From Chrysomallon squamiferum (taxonomy: Eukaryota > Animalia > Mollusca), in assembly GCA_012295275.1 (NCBI GenBank), contig CM022665.1, positions 11,532,001 through 11,596,000 of the forward strand: DNA of 64,000 nt. The letters are read 5' to 3'. How positions within the stretch are numbered: position 1 is the stretch's first letter; each line of letters starts with the position of its first letter. Positions 50,912 through 64,000 of the stretch are shown here, one piece after another. A program made the position numbers and the translations under genes. The notes under the pieces are model-generated. The model saw only the letters and a list, made by a program, of their open reading frames with translations. It was not told the DNA's origin and ran no database searches.

Positions 50912-53900
50912 GTGAGTTTGTGTTCATTTGTATGCATGAAGGTATCTTGTAATGAATAAAGCGTATAACTAATAATACTTTAAAAGTTTACAAATATAAA
51001 TGTTAAAAATAATACGGGCATTACTAAAGTTGTCTTGAGGTTTTGTTAAGGATCATATATTAGAACATGTATTTTTGTTTCTTTGTGTGTATACATAGCA
51101 GTGAACCTCTTTCTTTGTTCATGTATGTTCTGAAAGAGACTGTTGATGCATAAAACAGTATTAACTGTCACAGCAGTTGTAACATCATAATTTCAGGTTA
51201 AATATCACATCAAATTATTATTTCATGTAGTTGTCTTCTTGAAAAGTTTATTTCTTATTTTTCTGTTATTTTCCAATTATTTCTTTAGTTGGCAGTGAAA
51301 CTAGTTCTGAAACAGTAGAAGGAGCAGCAGCATACTTGTTTGATGTTTTCAAATTTTCACTAAATGTTGGCTCTCAAGAGACAGCCAAGATCCGTAACAT
51401 TTTTGGACCTTTCCCTGCATCAGCAGCAACTAAAGCTTGTGAGACTGTACAGAAAATTGTGTCGTGGTTTCCAGATGATGTTTTGTCTGAGTCAGATGAG
51501 CAAGGACGTCAGGAAGCAGATGGAGCAGCTATTATTCAAGAGTTTGGAAAAACAATCAAGTTTTCTTTCCCTGCATCAAATGATGTTGAAGAAATTTCCA
51601 GTTCTGAATCAGAGGAAGAAAAAGAAGAAAAAACCTTTGATTTAAAATACAAAGGTCATTCTCATTCAGGTAGTGTAAAAAACAAAGGCAAAGAAAAAAG
51701 GGATGTGAAGGGAGCAGAAAAACATTATGACTTTGCCTGGTTATTGAATGAAGTCAAGAAGTATTTTCCAAATGAGGAGACATCTCTTGGTCTTACAGTC
51801 ACTGATTTGGCTACCAGTCTTTTTGATGTCTTGTGTTCTATAAGAACTGACGAAGAGCTGCAAAATGAGGCAATTTTATACTCATTATTTCAAAATAATA
51901 TTTTATAAATATAAAAATACTTCCTTAGCCAACTTAAAAATTTATTGTAAAATAAATGAAGTTTTAATATTATCCCATTGCAGTGAATAAAATAGCTTTG
52001 AATTATATTGACGTTTAAGTAAAGTTATTTATGTAATAAAATATATATATATCATTTGCTTTACTTTAAAATGTTAAGGAGCTAAGAATTAAGTGTACAG
52101 CAATTTTCTTAATAGTAATAGATTAATCTTCAGAAATCACTTTTGCATTTTTCATTATGTTAGCTAAACAAACAAATATTACAAAACTGAAAGTTGTTCA
52201 CCCTTCATTTTTATTCAGGACTTTGATATTCTGATATGTAGCAATGGAAGTAAGGTTTTGTTTAAGGAGATTAAAGGGTCATATAAGAAACAAGTAATTC
52301 TTATATTCTGTTATTTTAGTTATTTGAACTTCTTGGTTTTGAACGGTTTGAGATGATTCAGAGCCTCTTAGGCAACAGACAGAGCCTAATGAAGTCTTTG
52401 ATAGAAGAATCTGCAAAACTAGTTCCCAGCCAGGGTCAGAGTAAGTGTGCTAGAAATATATTTAAAATAATGTAAAATTTTAAAATATAATAAAATATAA
52501 TTCCTGCAGTTTTTGTTGCCAAATTTAAAAACAAAACAAAAAACAAATCCAAAACACCATTAAATAAATAAAAGAATAATAATAATAAAACATAATAAAA
52601 AATAAAAATAAAAATGTAAAAAGTTTAAAATTACATGTGAATTTGTATTTATAGAGAATTATTAATATTAGAATTTAAAATATGAATAAATACTAATAAA
52701 CACTGTGTGATACTTTTAAAATTTTGAATTTGTATTTTATTGGTAATAAAACAATAAAATTATACTATTCTTTCAAGGTATTTTTTATTATTTTTTTTTT
52801 ATATATATATTTTTAAATATTTAATTGCAATTGTGGTATTTGGTGAGTTACATATTTTATTACATTTTAATCCATGCATTATATATAAGTGAGAATTCCT
52901 TAAAAAAATCATTATATTTTGATCAGATCACAATAAAAAAATTAAAAATTTTAAGATATATTTTCTGTTGTTTTAAATAGTTTTATTAAATACATTTTAT
53001 ACATTTCACGGTTGTTGTTTTTTTGTTGTTTTTTATCATTCAGAGTAATACATCTAATTTTTGAACTTTAAATTACCATTTCAGAAAGAAAAGGTGAACC
53101 ACAAAACAGACCAGCTTATGGTTGCCAAGTAACTATACAGGTGAGTAACCTAAAATTAAAATTTTAATAAATAATAATTGAAAACATCAGCAATTAAAAA
53201 AAATCCATTACAAATATTTTATTGTGTTTTCTAACCGTTATTTCTGTGGAATAAAGTTGCTGTTGAACGTATATTCTTTTTAAAGTGTTTATTTGGCTTT
53301 TTAAAACAATAATTTGGGTTGCACAGGTTTATATATGTATTTTATTTTTTTATAAATCAGACTGAGGATGAGAAACTTTTGAGAAAACAAATCAGGAAAG
53401 CAGAGAAAAAGATTTCCAGAAGAGAGGGAAGAAAAGTTGAAGATGGTTCTGAACAGACCACTGAGTTTGACCCACAGAAATTAAAAGCTCAGAGGTCTGA
53501 TTTATTTGTATTACTTTAGTAAAACAGTTGCTTTCTTCTCAGGGTAACCACTATGAATATACATTTTTTATTTATTGAATTTGTTAATTTCTGCAAATGG
53601 AACTATTTTTTTAGGTCACAAAATAATTCACAATCTGTAATCATGTCTTAGAGTAAAACTATACAAAATACTTTTAGACTATAATTATGTATTACACAAT
53701 TGAAAAAATTTAGCATAATTCAGAATGAAAAATAAACGTCATGAATACAGATCAGGATATTTTTCTTTTGATTACAATTAAATTATTGCATAAATAAGTA
53801 ATTTTGAATTATTTTAGACTTTTAATAGTTTAATAAATAGTTTAAACCATAGAACCCTACTTTTAGAATATTTAATCAAAACAAAATAATGTTCATATCC

Positions 53901-56900
53901 AAGTGGTTAATATGTTTACCATCACATTTTTTGTTTTTAAATAATGCCATAGTCATTAGATATTCAGCCAATCAACTTGTAGAGTCTGAAAATATATATT
54001 GCAAATTTGTCTCGAGGTATGGCGTACATGTTTGTATGGGATCTCGGCATTCAAAGGGCTAAATAGCAATAACATCAACTTTGTAGAGAAATTACAGTTC
54101 AAACATAAACATATTTACAGTTTTTTATCTAAATGTGAAAATTTGTGAAAAAAAAGGCTTTTTATGTTGTTTCCTCCACAGAGAAGAAGCACTAAGAAAT
54201 GCAGCAAGCACACCTTTATTTCCTCGCAGAACTAGCAGCTTTCAGCCAAGGGAAAAATATCCTTTTGTGTTTGACACTTTTGAAGAAGCCAGACAATCTT
54301 CGGCATATGTTGGTGGCTGCAAGGTGAGACTGAAAGTATTTAGGTTAGATATTGGTATACCTATTGCTTGAAAAAATATTCATTTGATTTGAATTATACC
54401 ATGTAGATAAATATATTTAAATTTGATACATGTGAAATAAACTGTAACAGTGGGGATGTGAACAGACAGCTTTTAAACATTTTTAATTATATCCAGTTTA
54501 CTTTTTAATTTGTTCCTAGTCATAAATTTGTGCTAATAACAAAATAGTGTAAATCAGAAAACATCTTCCTTTTAACTATGATGTCGTTTTTGTACATAAA
54601 TATAAAACTATCACCTATTTACTGAGATCACAATTTAAAAAAATAAAAATAAATAAAAACATGTCATACTTCAATATTATAAACACTGGTAACTATAACC
54701 AAAGATACTTATCAGGAATGATATTTTCTTTTTAATTAGAATAAGAATTGCAGTTTGGTACTTCTATGAGTGTTGATTTATTTCATCTCACTTATCTGAA
54801 ATAATAAGTATGATTTTTATTACAAACTTTGTTCTTTTTACATACTTTCTTAGCTTGTCCTTCCACAAGGATTTGAGAGAAAGGAAGAGAAAAATTATGA
54901 GGAAGTAAATATTCCTGCCATTGAGACCGCAACAGCGAATACTGGAAAGAATCTTGTTCCAATATCTTCATTAGATGAGGTAAGAATTGTTCTATACTTA
55001 TTTATGTTTTTAACTTACTTCATTTCACTATATTGCCTGGTGTTAAAAAATTTAAATATATCTATTCAAGACATATTTAAATGTTTTTTTTTCATATGGA
55101 TAATTTTTTAATTTATTTTGACACCTTGCTGTTGTTAATTGATAATAAAGGCAGCAAGTTTCAGATCTTGTCACACTAAAGAAATGGTTGTCTGACACCT
55201 AATAGCTTCTAAAGTCTAAAACAAAAGTAAATACTAATAAAAATTCGTTCACAATTAATTAATTCTTTCTTCCTTTCATTTCTTTCATTTGTTCATTCAT
55301 TCTGTTCACTTAGATATTCCATTTATTCTATTAATTCAGTACTACATTCATTCACTGCATTAATGTATCCATTTATTTTATTCATTCATCCACTCCTGCA
55401 TTCCAATCATTTATCCATCCATCCATCTATCCATTCTATCATTTATTGATGTTTATTTGCAGATTAGTCAGCTAGCATTCCGTGGTATGAAGAATCTTAA
55501 CAAGATTCAGTCTGTGGTGTTTGATTCAGCATACAAAACAAATGAAAACCTTCTCATCTGTGCTCCCACTGGTGCAGGAAAAACCAATATAGCCATGTTG
55601 ACTATCCTGCATGTAATAAAACAACATATGTCACAGGGAGTTATCAAGAAAGATGAATTTAAGGTTAGTAGTAAAATAAAAAACAAAATAAACAAAACCC
55701 AATACCACAGAATAAAATTAGATAAAACCCTGAAGCAGTACCTTACAGTTGACACACACAAATATAAACAGACAAATTTACAATTAAAATAATAATAAAA
55801 AATACTTTTATAGAGAAATTTCAGAATGTCTTTGGTTGGTGGCTTTCTGTTAACACATACATGCATAAATGACAAATATATACATATAAATGTTCCTTTC
55901 TTCATATCCATGCTATCCACATTTGTAAGATTTAAAAAAAATATTAATTCAGTGTAGCTTTATAGATAATGATAACTTCAGTAGCATTTAGGATATATAC
56001 TGGGTTTTTTTTATCAAAAAATTATGTTCTTGTGTGTAATCACATTAAACAATCAATTCTGGTTTTATAAAATAATGGAAAACAAATAAAAACCATTATC
56101 ATTCATATTTTTTTCAAACAGATAGTGTACGTTGCTCCAATGAAGGCATTGGCTGCTGAGATGGTGAGGAACTTTGGAGGGCGACTTGAACCACTTGGCT
56201 TGACTGTCCGAGAACTGACAGGAGACATGTCACTAACCAAAACTGAGATTCTTAAAACACAGGTACATTTATTATTAGTAGTAACACTTCAAACAAATTC
56301 AGTTAATTGTTGTTAACTGATTTGTATATCTAAACACATGCACACACACACACACACACACACATACACATATGTTCTGGTACTTTTCAAATTATGAATT
56401 TAAATTTACTTTGATGGAAAGAAAACTAAAGTTAATTAATTAAAAAACAACAACAACAACAAAACTCCCAACAGCAACAAAAAATTATGTTGCACATGAG
56501 TCTGCACAATACATAACTTAGTGTAATGCATATCTCTCTCTCTTGATGTTTTTCCTTTCAATATTTATCAGATGCTGGTAACAACACCAGAAAAGTGGGA
56601 TGTGGTGACAAGGAAAAGTACAGGTGATGTTGCTTTGGCTCAGCTTGTCAAGCTACTTATCTTTGACGAGGTTCACCTCCTGCATGATGACAGAGGTCCA
56701 GTCATAGAGAGTCTGGTTGCCAGGACAATAAGACAAGTTAGCTATTTTTGTTTTATAAAAAGTTTTAATGACAACAAATTTATATTATAAGTATATATAG
56801 TCTTGCAGTTACTCAAAAATTAATAAACTCTTTTAAACAGACTTGGTGATTGCCAGACTTTAGTGTTGCTTGAAATGCAACTCCACAAGTAATATAATAA

Positions 56901-59900
56901 TCTTTATTTTATATAACATTAGATAAATATTGGCAGAATTTATAGATTATTAGATATTTTAAAGAGTGCCAGGTTTGAGTGTTACTAAAATTGTGTCATG
57001 AATACATTAACATAATTGGTCAATAAGAATATATTTAAGAAATGTTTTTTTCATTATCATATTTCACTATTTGGATTACATAATAGGCATAATAAGTGTA
57101 CACATTTAATTATATACCAGTCCCACCTCTGCCAGAGAATGATTTTCCGTATCTACTTTAATGTATAAAGGTAGGTTTATATATAAGATTTATTCTTCTA
57201 ATCCATTAAAAGAATTTTTGTTTTTTTAAATGTAGAAAAAACAGCAACAAGCCAACTTAATAAGCTTTAATAATAAGGTGTGGATTAAAGAAACATGTAT
57301 TTAATGTATTTTGTTATAAATCTGCTTGCAGGTAGAGAGTTCCCAGAGTATGATAAGAATAGTGGGTCTGTCAGCAACATTGCCTAACTACATTGATGTG
57401 GCCCATTTCCTCAATGTCAATCCTTACATCGGGCTTTTCTTCTTTGATGGCAGGTTTAGGCCAGTTCCTCTTAGCCAGACCTTTATTGGTAAGAAAAATA
57501 TTAATTTTAAGCAATTTTTCTCCCTTCTACTGTTTTGAAATTATTTTCTATCTTTGGTATATGATTATTCAAAAAAATATTACTGAAAGAAATCTAACAA
57601 AACTTTGGTATGTTGTTGTTTTGTTTTTGTTTTTTTATTTTGTTTTTGTGTTGACTAAATTCAGCCTGAACAAAATAATTTTTGTTATTGTGTCACAATT
57701 ATTAAAAATAACTTTAATATGACATAGGAATGCAAGCAACTTAATAACCACTTATTTAAGAGAATTAAACAAAATAATTCAGAAAACATTGTATTTTTCA
57801 GGTGTAAAAGGAATGAGCAATATGAAACAGATGATGGAGTTTAATCATGTTTGCTATGACAAAGTTCTGAAGCAGGTTAAAGCAGGCTACCAGGTTTGTT
57901 AATATATTTGAATGTATTTGAATATATACTTTTTGTGTGAATGGATCTCTGTCTCAGTGTATTAATATACATATTTGTATTTTGCTGTGTGTGTGTGTCT
58001 ATATATTGGGTCTACATGGATTTGCATGAAAGAGAAATTTCTGAGGATATTTTGTATTCACTGTATTCTAAAGCTATCAGTATTTTAAAACAGAAGATGT
58101 GAATACATAGATAATAGAAGCTGATCTGAAACTCTTCATATTTTTGACTGCAACTTCTTTCTCTTCATTAAGAATATAGAAATGGTAATAGCTTTTTATT
58201 CGAAAATATTAAACTGAAAATATTTTAATAATTTTTTCCAAACTGAAAACAGACTTTAATTGTTGTGAGATATTGAAAAAACAAATTCTTGCAAACAACA
58301 ATTAGTTAAATGAAAGAGTTTATCGTTACAAATATTATTTTTACTAAAATAAAAAAAATAAAAATGTTTATTATACAAGATCCAAATGCTAAAATTTGAA
58401 AAGTACAACAAATAGTTTTGTAAATTTTTTTTTTTTTTAAATTGTTGTTTTATAGGTGATGGTATTTGTCCATGCAAGGAATGAAACTGTTCGCACATCA
58501 ATGGTGCTGAGAGACTTGGCAAAGACCAATCAACAGATTGGCTATTTTCAGCCTCCACAGGGACCTCAGTTTGGAGAGGCACAAAAAATTGTTAGTCGTT
58601 TTTAAACTTAAGCAAAATGTTAAACATTATTTTCTATTTATTTACAGTAAGAATTTTAGCATCGCAGGCAAATAATATCTTTAGTTTCTTTTCATAACCC
58701 CCCAAAAACAGTTGTATTGCTTGATTTTCTACATATTAGTTGTCAAAAAACTATGCCTGATGTGGATTACTAGTTTAAAAAAATATTCTGCACTGTGGTT
58801 GTTTAACTTTTAATATAGCTTGTATTTCCACCTTGGGGTCAGAATTATTTCCTATAATTATTTAAGTGTCAGTATAGTTTATGCTTTCATCTTGGGGTTA
58901 AAATACATTTAAAGCAATTGAATGAAATGATATTCTCATCAGTGTATAAAATTAATTGAAGTTATCAGATATTAATACATGACTTTAAGAATCTTTATGA
59001 CAGTTCATAAAATGTTAATTTGTTTTCAGATGATGAGATCCAGGAACAAACAGCTCAAAGAGCTGTTCTCTGATGGTTTTGCTATCCACCATGCTGGCAT
59101 GCTTCGGCAGGATCGAAACCTTGTGGAAAAGTATTTTGCAGCAGGCTTGATCAAAGTTCTCTGTTGTACAGCCACTTTAGCCTGGGGCATCAATTTACCA
59201 GCTCATGCAGTCATTATCAAAGTACATAAATGTTTAAAACACTATTTTATTGTTTTCAAAAATGTTTGGGTTTTTTTTTTTTGATTTTTAAATTTATTTT
59301 TAAACCAAGATCACAAAATTTTAATGTATGTTGCCAAAAAGAAAGAAAGAAAGAAAAAACGTTCATCGTTGGATTTTCAAATATTTTTTTATTCTGTTTT
59401 TTCATTATTAAAATAAGGTACATTAATCTATAAAGCAGAACAAGATATATTTGTCCACATTAACAGTTCATTATAAAATTTGTTTTTGATTTCTATGCTT
59501 ATTTTTTCCAAACACATCTCTAATGTGAATAAAAAAACATTTATTGATATGCACAATTATATATCAAATTTGTTTTGCATTTCTGTGATTCTTTTTTCTT
59601 TATTATTAATTACCTCTTTTTTTCTTTTTTTAAAACAGGGTACACAGATCTATGATGCAAAGAAAGGTACATTTGTTGACCTGGGCATTCTGGATGTGAT
59701 GCAAATTTTTGGCCGGGCTGGTCGTCCACAGTTTGATAAGTTTGGACATGGAACAATCATAACAACTCATAACAAACTGAGTCACTACCTATCACTGATG
59801 ACTCATCAGAATCCAATAGAGAGTCAGTTTATAAACAGTCTGACTGATAATCTCAATGCAGAGGTACATTTAAAAACCAAAACTTTCAAATCTTCTTTAG

Positions 59901-62900
59901 ATTTACACAGCTAAATACTTTGAAAATAAGAATGCAGAATGATTTGATATATATTTGTAATCATTTCTATACAGTGCATCAAAAACAGCTAAGTAGCTAT
60001 ATGCTCTGAAAATAAAGGTTGATATGTGATGTAAAGGTAAATTATTTATTTGTATATTTGTAATAATTTCTAAACATTGTGAAAGAAAATCTTAATGCAG
60101 AAATACATATGGGTGAAATTTAAATAATGTAAATTGTTTTTAGATCTAAGTTGCTTAAAATTTTGATAATAAAAGATATGATCAAAAGCAGAATATTATA
60201 ATGTATATCTCTAATTATTTCTAAACAGTGCCAAAGATAGTCTTAAACCAGAAATACATTTGGGTCTGATATAAAAAATGACATTTAAATTGTCTTTCAA
60301 TTCAAGTGGCTAATTACTTTGAAAATAAGATAGCATATGATCTGAAACAGACCATTTTGATGTATATTTGTCATAATGTTTAAGAGATAGTTTAATACAT
60401 CTTTGGATTTAACTTAAAAAACAAAAATTAGAAATTTTCTTTAGATTTAAGTATCTAAATACTTTGAAAATAAAGGTTGATATAAAATTTGATCTAAAAT
60501 AAAATATTTTATAAAAGTCTAAAAATAGTTTTAATACAGTATTATTTTCAACTGTAATTTAAAAAGTAGCTCTTGTAATAGTATTATATATAAAACATAT
60601 GATTACTGTTATATCTATATATTTATTTAAAATGTTTTACAGATAGCTCTGGGCACTGTGACAAATATACATGAAGCAGTCAGGTGGCTGAGTTACACAT
60701 ATTTGTATGTGAGAATGAGAATTAATCCACTAGCCTATGGCATAACATATGCAAACCTACAAGTAAGTCTTTTAATGTATGCTTTACTGTTTCTAAAAAT
60801 TTAGTGTGAATGTGTGTGTCTGTTTACAATGTGTCAGTGTTTGTGTATGTAAGTGTTCATGTATCTAGGCTGTACAAATTACAAATAGTAATATCATAAA
60901 ATATTTGATGATAAATAATTAATGATACAGTCATTTATACTAGCTGGGTGACAAAGATATTGGTGAATATTCTCTCCAAAACATGTTGATATAGACAGCA
61001 TATATTAACACCAAAAGAACTCGTAAATTTTAGCATCATTTACGAAGTTCAATCTATTTCATGCAATTACAAGTTAACATTTGTTAAATACTAGCAAGAT
61101 AGCACTGGGATCTACTTCATTTGATTACCAGTGAACACTGGTTTTTGGCTACTTAAGATATCTCAATTACCATATTATAAATAGATGTAGACTTGGTAAT
61201 GTGTTTATAAATACCTGTTCTTTACAGGAAGACCCATTGCTGGAAGAGCACAGATATAACCTGATTAGTGTGGCTGGAAGCAAACTGGACAAAGCTCAGA
61301 TGGTTAGGTTTGATGAAATCACTGGCTATTTCTTCTCCACTGATCTTGGACGCATTGCCAGCCATTTCTACATTAAGTATGATACAGTGGAGGTAAGAGT
61401 TTGTCTTGTTGATTTTATTATTTATTTTTGTTTTTAAATATTTTGTTTATTTTATTTATATGTGTACAAATATATGTATGCACATCAAATAATGAAAATA
61501 AATAAATAAAAAACCCAGAAATAATTATATTAATTGGTACAGTTTTTAATTAATTTTTTTTCATATATTTATTCCTTAATGTGTCTCATTCTAGTAATGT
61601 GAAAAATAACTTTTTGAAACTTGTTTTTCAGCTGGTTAATGAAACTTTTGCTTCGCTCATGACAGAATGTGATGTGTTCAGTATTGTGTCCAGAGCCCAG
61701 GAGTTTGACCAGATAAAAGTAAATTCTGTTAATAATCTCCTAAAACTCCTTCAAGTTATTTACTCCATTACTTATTTTTACCCATTCTGAACATTAAATT
61801 ATTTTGAAATCAACATCTGAATATTTATAAGTTGACTTGAGTATAGATGAAATTGTTACTAGAATAGTTTTCACTAAACTTAAGCAGGGTTGAAATTCAT
61901 ATTTGAATAGTTTTAACTTGGTTTCAGAGGCACTGAAATCTGTACGAATTATAAGTAGTATTCAGAGAATAGATAGTATTACTGTTAGTTTAAAATCTAA
62001 TTTAGTATGAATATTTAATTATAATTATAATTAAGATTTCTGAGTGTGTTGGATAGGTGCTGCATTTATAATTATAAATATTAATAAAATATTCACTGAA
62101 AATTGCAACAAGTGGTGGCATTATGATTGCAAACAGATGCATGCATATTCCAGTTTAGCTGTGTTGTAACTTTCCAGTGTAAACTGTTTAATGGTAATTA
62201 TACTTATTTACTAAATCAGTTTCTACAGGAAATACTGAGTGATGTCTTATGTACTAGCTATACTGGTATAATGAAATAAAAGGGTAGTACAACTGTATGC
62301 ACAAAATAATAACAGTGAACTATGAATTTCTGGCCATTGTTAGTGCATTTATTATCAGTTTCATACAGTTACAAAACAGAAACTGGGTAACTTAAATTGT
62401 TCACATTTACATTTTAAAGTTATTTTGGGGTTAATTTTTAAATTATTATTGAAGGCATTGAAATGAATATGTTAAGTGAAATCCTGAATTGTTTTAGTAA
62501 TGAGATACTTGAAAATAAAAATATTAATATAATCCAGGTTTCTAGTAAAAATAAATGTTTGTTTAAAAAACAGAATTACTATATATATATTTTTTTAATT
62601 TTACAAAAGTCCAGGATAATTTTTAATTATTTACAAAAAAACAACAGAAGAACTTTATATTTTTTTTTAATTAAGACAATTACTATATATATTCTAATTA
62701 GCACAATTAGCATATCTTTTTTTTTTTAATTAAAACAATTAGTGTATCATTTTTTATTATTATTGTTTTTAAATTAAAACAATTAGTATATCATTTATTT
62801 ATTTATTTTAAAAACAATTACTGTATCATTTTTTATTACTTATTTTTTTGTTTAACGCAGTTACTGCATCAAATTAATGCTTTGTAGGTTCGAGAGGATG

Positions 62901-63064
62901 AGATGGATGAACTGGAGGATTTGGTACATGATGCCTGTGAGATGAATGTTCCTGGTGGCAAGGAGAACACTCATGGCAAAGTGAACATTCTGTTACAGGC
63001 ATATGTCTCTAGACATCCCATAGACAGCTTCTCCCTAGTTTCAGATATGTCATACGTAGCTCAG
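50668..63064 (+). CDS. ASCC3: Activating signal cointegrator 1 complex subunit 3 (Ski2/Brr2-like SF2 helicase), spliced gene model, N-terminal ~half (19 coding exons, 3261 nt, 1087 aa); continues past the window
   Basis: All exons join in frame. N-terminus [22 protein letters not shown]|LFELLG and [10 protein letters not shown] are ASCC3-type rather than SNRNP200-type; Walker [31 protein letters not shown] box, [37 protein letters not shown], winged helix and start of the Sec63 domain. Confidence 0.96.
51289..51869 (+). CDS. ASCC3: ASCC3 coding exon 2
   Basis: tttag| [18 protein letters not shown]...IFGPFPAS...DEELQNE; ends at GC donor gag|gcaatt. Confidence 0.9.
52320..52440 (+). CDS. ASCC3: ASCC3 coding exon 3
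   Basis: ttttag| [20 protein letters not shown]...; donor a|gtaagt. Confidence 0.9.
53085..53140 (+). CDS. ASCC3: ASCC3 coding exon 4
   Basis: tttcag| [19 protein letters not shown] |gtgagt. Confidence 0.9.
53361..53494 (+). CDS. ASCC3: ASCC3 coding exon 5
   Basis: [17 protein letters not shown]...[10 protein letters not shown]; donor ag|gtctga. Confidence 0.88.
54182..54323 (+). CDS. ASCC3: ASCC3 coding exon 6
   Basis: [13 protein letters not shown]...YPFVFD...YVGGCK |gtgaga. Confidence 0.9.
54854..54979 (+). CDS. ASCC3: ASCC3 coding exon 7
   Basis: [21 protein letters not shown]...LVPISSLDE |gtaaga. Confidence 0.92.
55463..55663 (+). CDS. ASCC3: ASCC3 coding exon 8 (Q motif, Walker A)
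   Basis: [17 protein letters not shown]...[12 protein letters not shown]...DEFK |gttagt. Confidence 0.95.
56122..56262 (+). CDS. ASCC3: ASCC3 coding exon 9
   Basis: [14 protein letters not shown]...VRELTGDM...KTQ |gtacat. Confidence 0.95.
56572..56736 (+). CDS. ASCC3: ASCC3 coding exon 10 (DEVH box)
   Basis: [15 protein letters not shown]...[24 protein letters not shown] |gttagc. Confidence 0.95.
57332..57488 (+). CDS. ASCC3: ASCC3 coding exon 11
   Basis: [20 protein letters not shown]...[11 protein letters not shown] g|gtaaga. Confidence 0.95.
57802..57893 (+). CDS. ASCC3: ASCC3 coding exon 12
   Basis: [31 protein letters not shown] |gtttgt. Confidence 0.93.
58456..58590 (+). CDS. ASCC3: ASCC3 coding exon 13
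   Basis: [14 protein letters not shown]...GEAQKI |gttagt. Confidence 0.93.
59030..59221 (+). CDS. ASCC3: ASCC3 coding exon 14
   Basis: [13 protein letters not shown]...[10 protein letters not shown]...[18 protein letters not shown] |gtacat. Confidence 0.95.
59639..59863 (+). CDS. ASCC3: ASCC3 coding exon 15
   Basis: [10 protein letters not shown]...[13 protein letters not shown]...PIESQF...DNLNAE |gtacat. Confidence 0.95.
59828..60540 (+). repeat. Degenerate ~150-bp tandem duplications of the exon 15 end/intron start of ASCC3
   Basis: Exon-end-like copies at 60067 and 60218; cta(a)atactttgaaaataa recurs at 59911, 60310 and 60455 with weaker copies at 59997 and 60154. Confidence 0.75.
60643..60762 (+). 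CDS. ASCC3: ASCC3 coding exon 16
   Basis: [40 protein letters not shown] |gtaagt. Confidence 0.95.
61228..61392 (+). CDS. ASCC3: ASCC3 coding exon 17
   Basis: EDPLLEEHR...[10 protein letters not shown]...[18 protein letters not shown] |gtaaga. Confidence 0.95.
61632..61718 (+). CDS. ASCC3: ASCC3 coding exon 18
   Basis: [29 protein letters not shown] |gtaaat. Confidence 0.92.
62888..63064 (+). CDS. ASCC3: ASCC3 coding exon 19 (Sec63 domain)
   Basis: [12 protein letters not shown]...[13 protein letters not shown]...[12 protein letters not shown] |gtttga. Confidence 0.95.
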
Positions 63065-64000
63065 GTTTGAGAATGTTCAAAATACATTTTTTTCTGTAGC
63101 AGTAGTATTTTAAGTTAGGCATTTATTTTAAAAACTATCAAAGAAAAAAAGAATATTTTTAAAACTAATATTTTAAGTTATTTTTCTAAGTTATGCATAT
63201 GTTTTCAAAACTTTAAATTTTAATTTTTACAAAATGTGTTGTAAATAACACAAAAATTTAACTTCTTTACCAAGTTATACAGATATTTTCTAAACTATCA
63301 AAAAAAAAAAAAAAAAAAAAAAAAATGGAAATAGAAATTAATTTATTTTCAACAGTAGATTTATTTTGTGTTCTTTTTTTTAAGTTATGCATATATTTCA
63401 TATATTTGAGAAACTTTAATTCATGAAGGAACATTTTGTTCAACCACTTTCTTATCAGTGGCCATGTTATGTGCCTACCTATCTGTGAGAATATGTATGT
63501 AAAACATTCATTGCCACTCAAAGGCCTAAAATAGCTGTTTTTAATTTTTAATTTTATATAATATAATTTTGTCTCTTAATGCATATCAACTTAAATTATA
63601 ATAGATAAATGTTGTAAAATTATTTAATTATTTAAATTTTGAGTTGTGGCAGTTTAATAATGAAATATTGCTTTTTAATTATTTTTCTTGGTTCTGTATT
63701 CTTTTACCTATTTTTTATTATTATTATTTTTTTTACAGTTAACTTTCAGTTCTCATTATTTCTCCTATTGTCTTTTTATACAAGTTTTTATTAAATCTTA
63801 CTGTTCTGTTTTTTTTTTTTCATTTATTATTGTTACATTTTTATTTATTCCTTTATTTTATTATTATTTTTTTAATTATTTTATTTTTATTTCCTCTTAC
63901 GTTTTATTGTTTTAGTTTGTCCCTGATTTCTTTTAATTTGATTTATTGATTTAAATAAATATTTATTTAGTTAATTTCTTACTTTCTTTCTTTTTATTAT

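Noticed and set aside
54005-54062. Possible piggyBac-like end (ggcattcaaagggctaa) with retained CpGs in an ASCC3 intron
   Set aside because: No matching opposite TIR or TTAA duplication found.
55120-55445. Degenerate SINE-like relic (tgtctgacacctaatagc, then CATT/CATC repeats)
   Set aside because: Too decayed to delimit or assign confidently.
55507-58582. Minus-strand ORFs 55507-55920 and 58256-58582 and alternate-frame ORFs over ASCC3 exons
   Set aside because: Antisense or out-of-frame shadows of ASCC3 exons extending into intron sequence.
50668-63064. Alternative identity as SNRNP200/Brr2 or HFM1
   Set aside because: N-terminal motifs ([20 protein letters not shown]) and [12 protein letters not shown] match ASCC3; Brr2 has a different N-terminus and QMLGRAGRPQYD.

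Overview
AT-rich, microsatellite-rich animal genomic DNA. The SINE tail, gene structure and CpG pattern suggest an invertebrate, probably a mollusc; this is inference. Two divergently oriented protein-coding genes bracket the window. (1) On the minus strand, a GT92/DUF23 (GALT-1-like) glycosyltransferase whose unbroken ORF starts at 1275 and runs off the left edge; it is missing from the ORF track and probably has a ~25 kb 5'UTR intron region. (2) On the plus strand, the 5' half of ASCC3 (Ski2/Brr2-like helicase): 19 coding exons, 50668-63064, 1087 codons, including one GC-AG intron. Both gene bodies are CpG-depleted while ~24.6-50.3 kb is CpG-retaining. The most unusual structure is a long inverted repeat in that intergenic region (arms ~31875-32775 and ~37905-38722). 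Its 520-bp core is identical but for one base, sits inside clearly diverged flanks, carries promoter-like motifs, and encloses a ~5 kb spacer with a SINE tail, an ETS-rich segment and a Tigger4/MER46-like MITE. There is also a 727-bp Tc2/pogo-type MITE and many degenerate tandem arrays. Nearly all other ORF-track entries are low-complexity artefacts.
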